DNA of 64,000 nucleotides. It comes from an uncultured delta proteobacterium (GTDB taxonomy: Bacteria > Desulfobacterota > Syntrophorhabdia > Syntrophorhabdales > WCHB1-27). A program made the translations under genes and the position numbers. The notes beneath the pieces were generated by a model. It was not told the DNA's origin. It saw only the letters and a program-made list of their open reading frames with translations, and did not search any database. The stretch spans positions 608,001-672,000 of the forward strand of contig CAWEPK010000008.1 in the NCBI GenBank assembly GCA_963810935.1, written 5' to 3'. Positions 63,313 to 64,000 of the stretch are shown here, piece by piece (positions within the stretch are counted from its first letter, which is position 1; every line of letters starts with the position of its first letter).

Positions 63313-64000
63313 TCATCCCGACGCCTGCGCGCGCAAGAGCCGTGTCTGCGACTCACGTAACGAGCACGATATGTCATGGGCCGTTTCCGATACCAGTTGT
63401 GCGAAGGTTTCGCCGGCTTTTGCGGCTACCCGGCTTTTGGGGGCTGATATGCTGATGGCGGCCACACATTCCCCGTTGGGGCTGAGTATCGGTGCGGCAA
63501 CACAGTAAACCCCGGCAAGGGCCTCCTCGTCATCGACGGCCACCTTGCTGACCCTCACCCTCTCGATCTCGCCAATGAGCGCATCCACCGATCCGATGGA
63601 CCCGCCGTTCCGTTTTTTGAGGCAGTTCTTTTGGCCGTAAATCTGCCGTATATCTTCATTCGTCATGTATGAAAGAAATACCTTGCCGGTCGCTGCACAG
63701 TAACCGGGGAACCGTGCACCGGCCGACGTCGATATACGAAGCATCTCTTCCGATTCCAACCGGTAGATGTAGCGGATTTTATTATATTCGCACACGGCCG
63801 CGTTCACAGTCTCGTTGCACTTCCTGTGGAGGTCCATGAGTAAGGGGACCATGGCGTCGCGCAGATATTTTTCCTTTTTCGAAGCAGTGCCGATTTCCAA
63901 CGTGCGGACACCCAGACCGTACATTTTTGTGCTGTCATCCTGATAGAAGAACCTCCGCGCCTTGAGGGTGCCGAGGATGCGATGAACGGTCCCCTTACTC
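63313..64000 (-). CDS. IclR family transcriptional regulator (5' end outside window)
   Basis: GTVHRILGTL HTH remnant at the window edge, ETVN, ATGKVFL, CVAAPI, AAISIS. Confidence 0.9.
   Translation of the reverse strand, partial: SKGTVHRILGTLKARRFFYQDDSTKMYGLGVRTLEIGTASKKEKYLRDAMVPLLMDLHRKCNETVNAAVCEYNKIRYIYRLESEEMLRISTSAGARFPGYCAATGKVFLSYMTNEDIRQIYGQKNCLKKRNGGSIGSVDALIGEIERVRVSKVAVDDEEALAGVYCVAAPILSPNGECVAAISISAPKSRVAAKAGETFAQLVSETAHDISCSLRESQTRLLRAQASG

Overview
GC-rich bacterial chromosomal segment. The gene content suggests an anaerobic Desulfobacterota-like organism, possibly Syntrophorhabdus-like; this is an inference. Most genes are housekeeping or metabolic: purA, phosphohexomutase, treZY, a MoxR/vWA pair, an EF-G paralog, birA, coaX, cobS/cobC, aminotransferase, tilS, ftsH, ppx-like, ccdA, rpoH, a Se/Mo-hydroxylase maturation cluster with AmmeMemoRadiSam A/B, comEC, guaBA, dnaE, accA and abfD. 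Accessory parts are a RelE toxin-antitoxin pair, a lower-GC island (HNH and DUF2971-like genes) and an IS200-type element. The most striking locus is a compact dsrA-dsrB followed by a repeat, the IS200, a second copy of the last 54 nt of dsrB that differs only at synonymous sites, and dsrT. No dsrC, dsrD or dsrMK is present in the window. Intergenic DNA carries at least two dispersed structured repeat families and several strongly folding segments. About nine apparent frameshifts occur after ~37 kb, including in dnaE and accA, and are most likely long-read indel errors. No rRNA, tRNA or CRISPR array was found.
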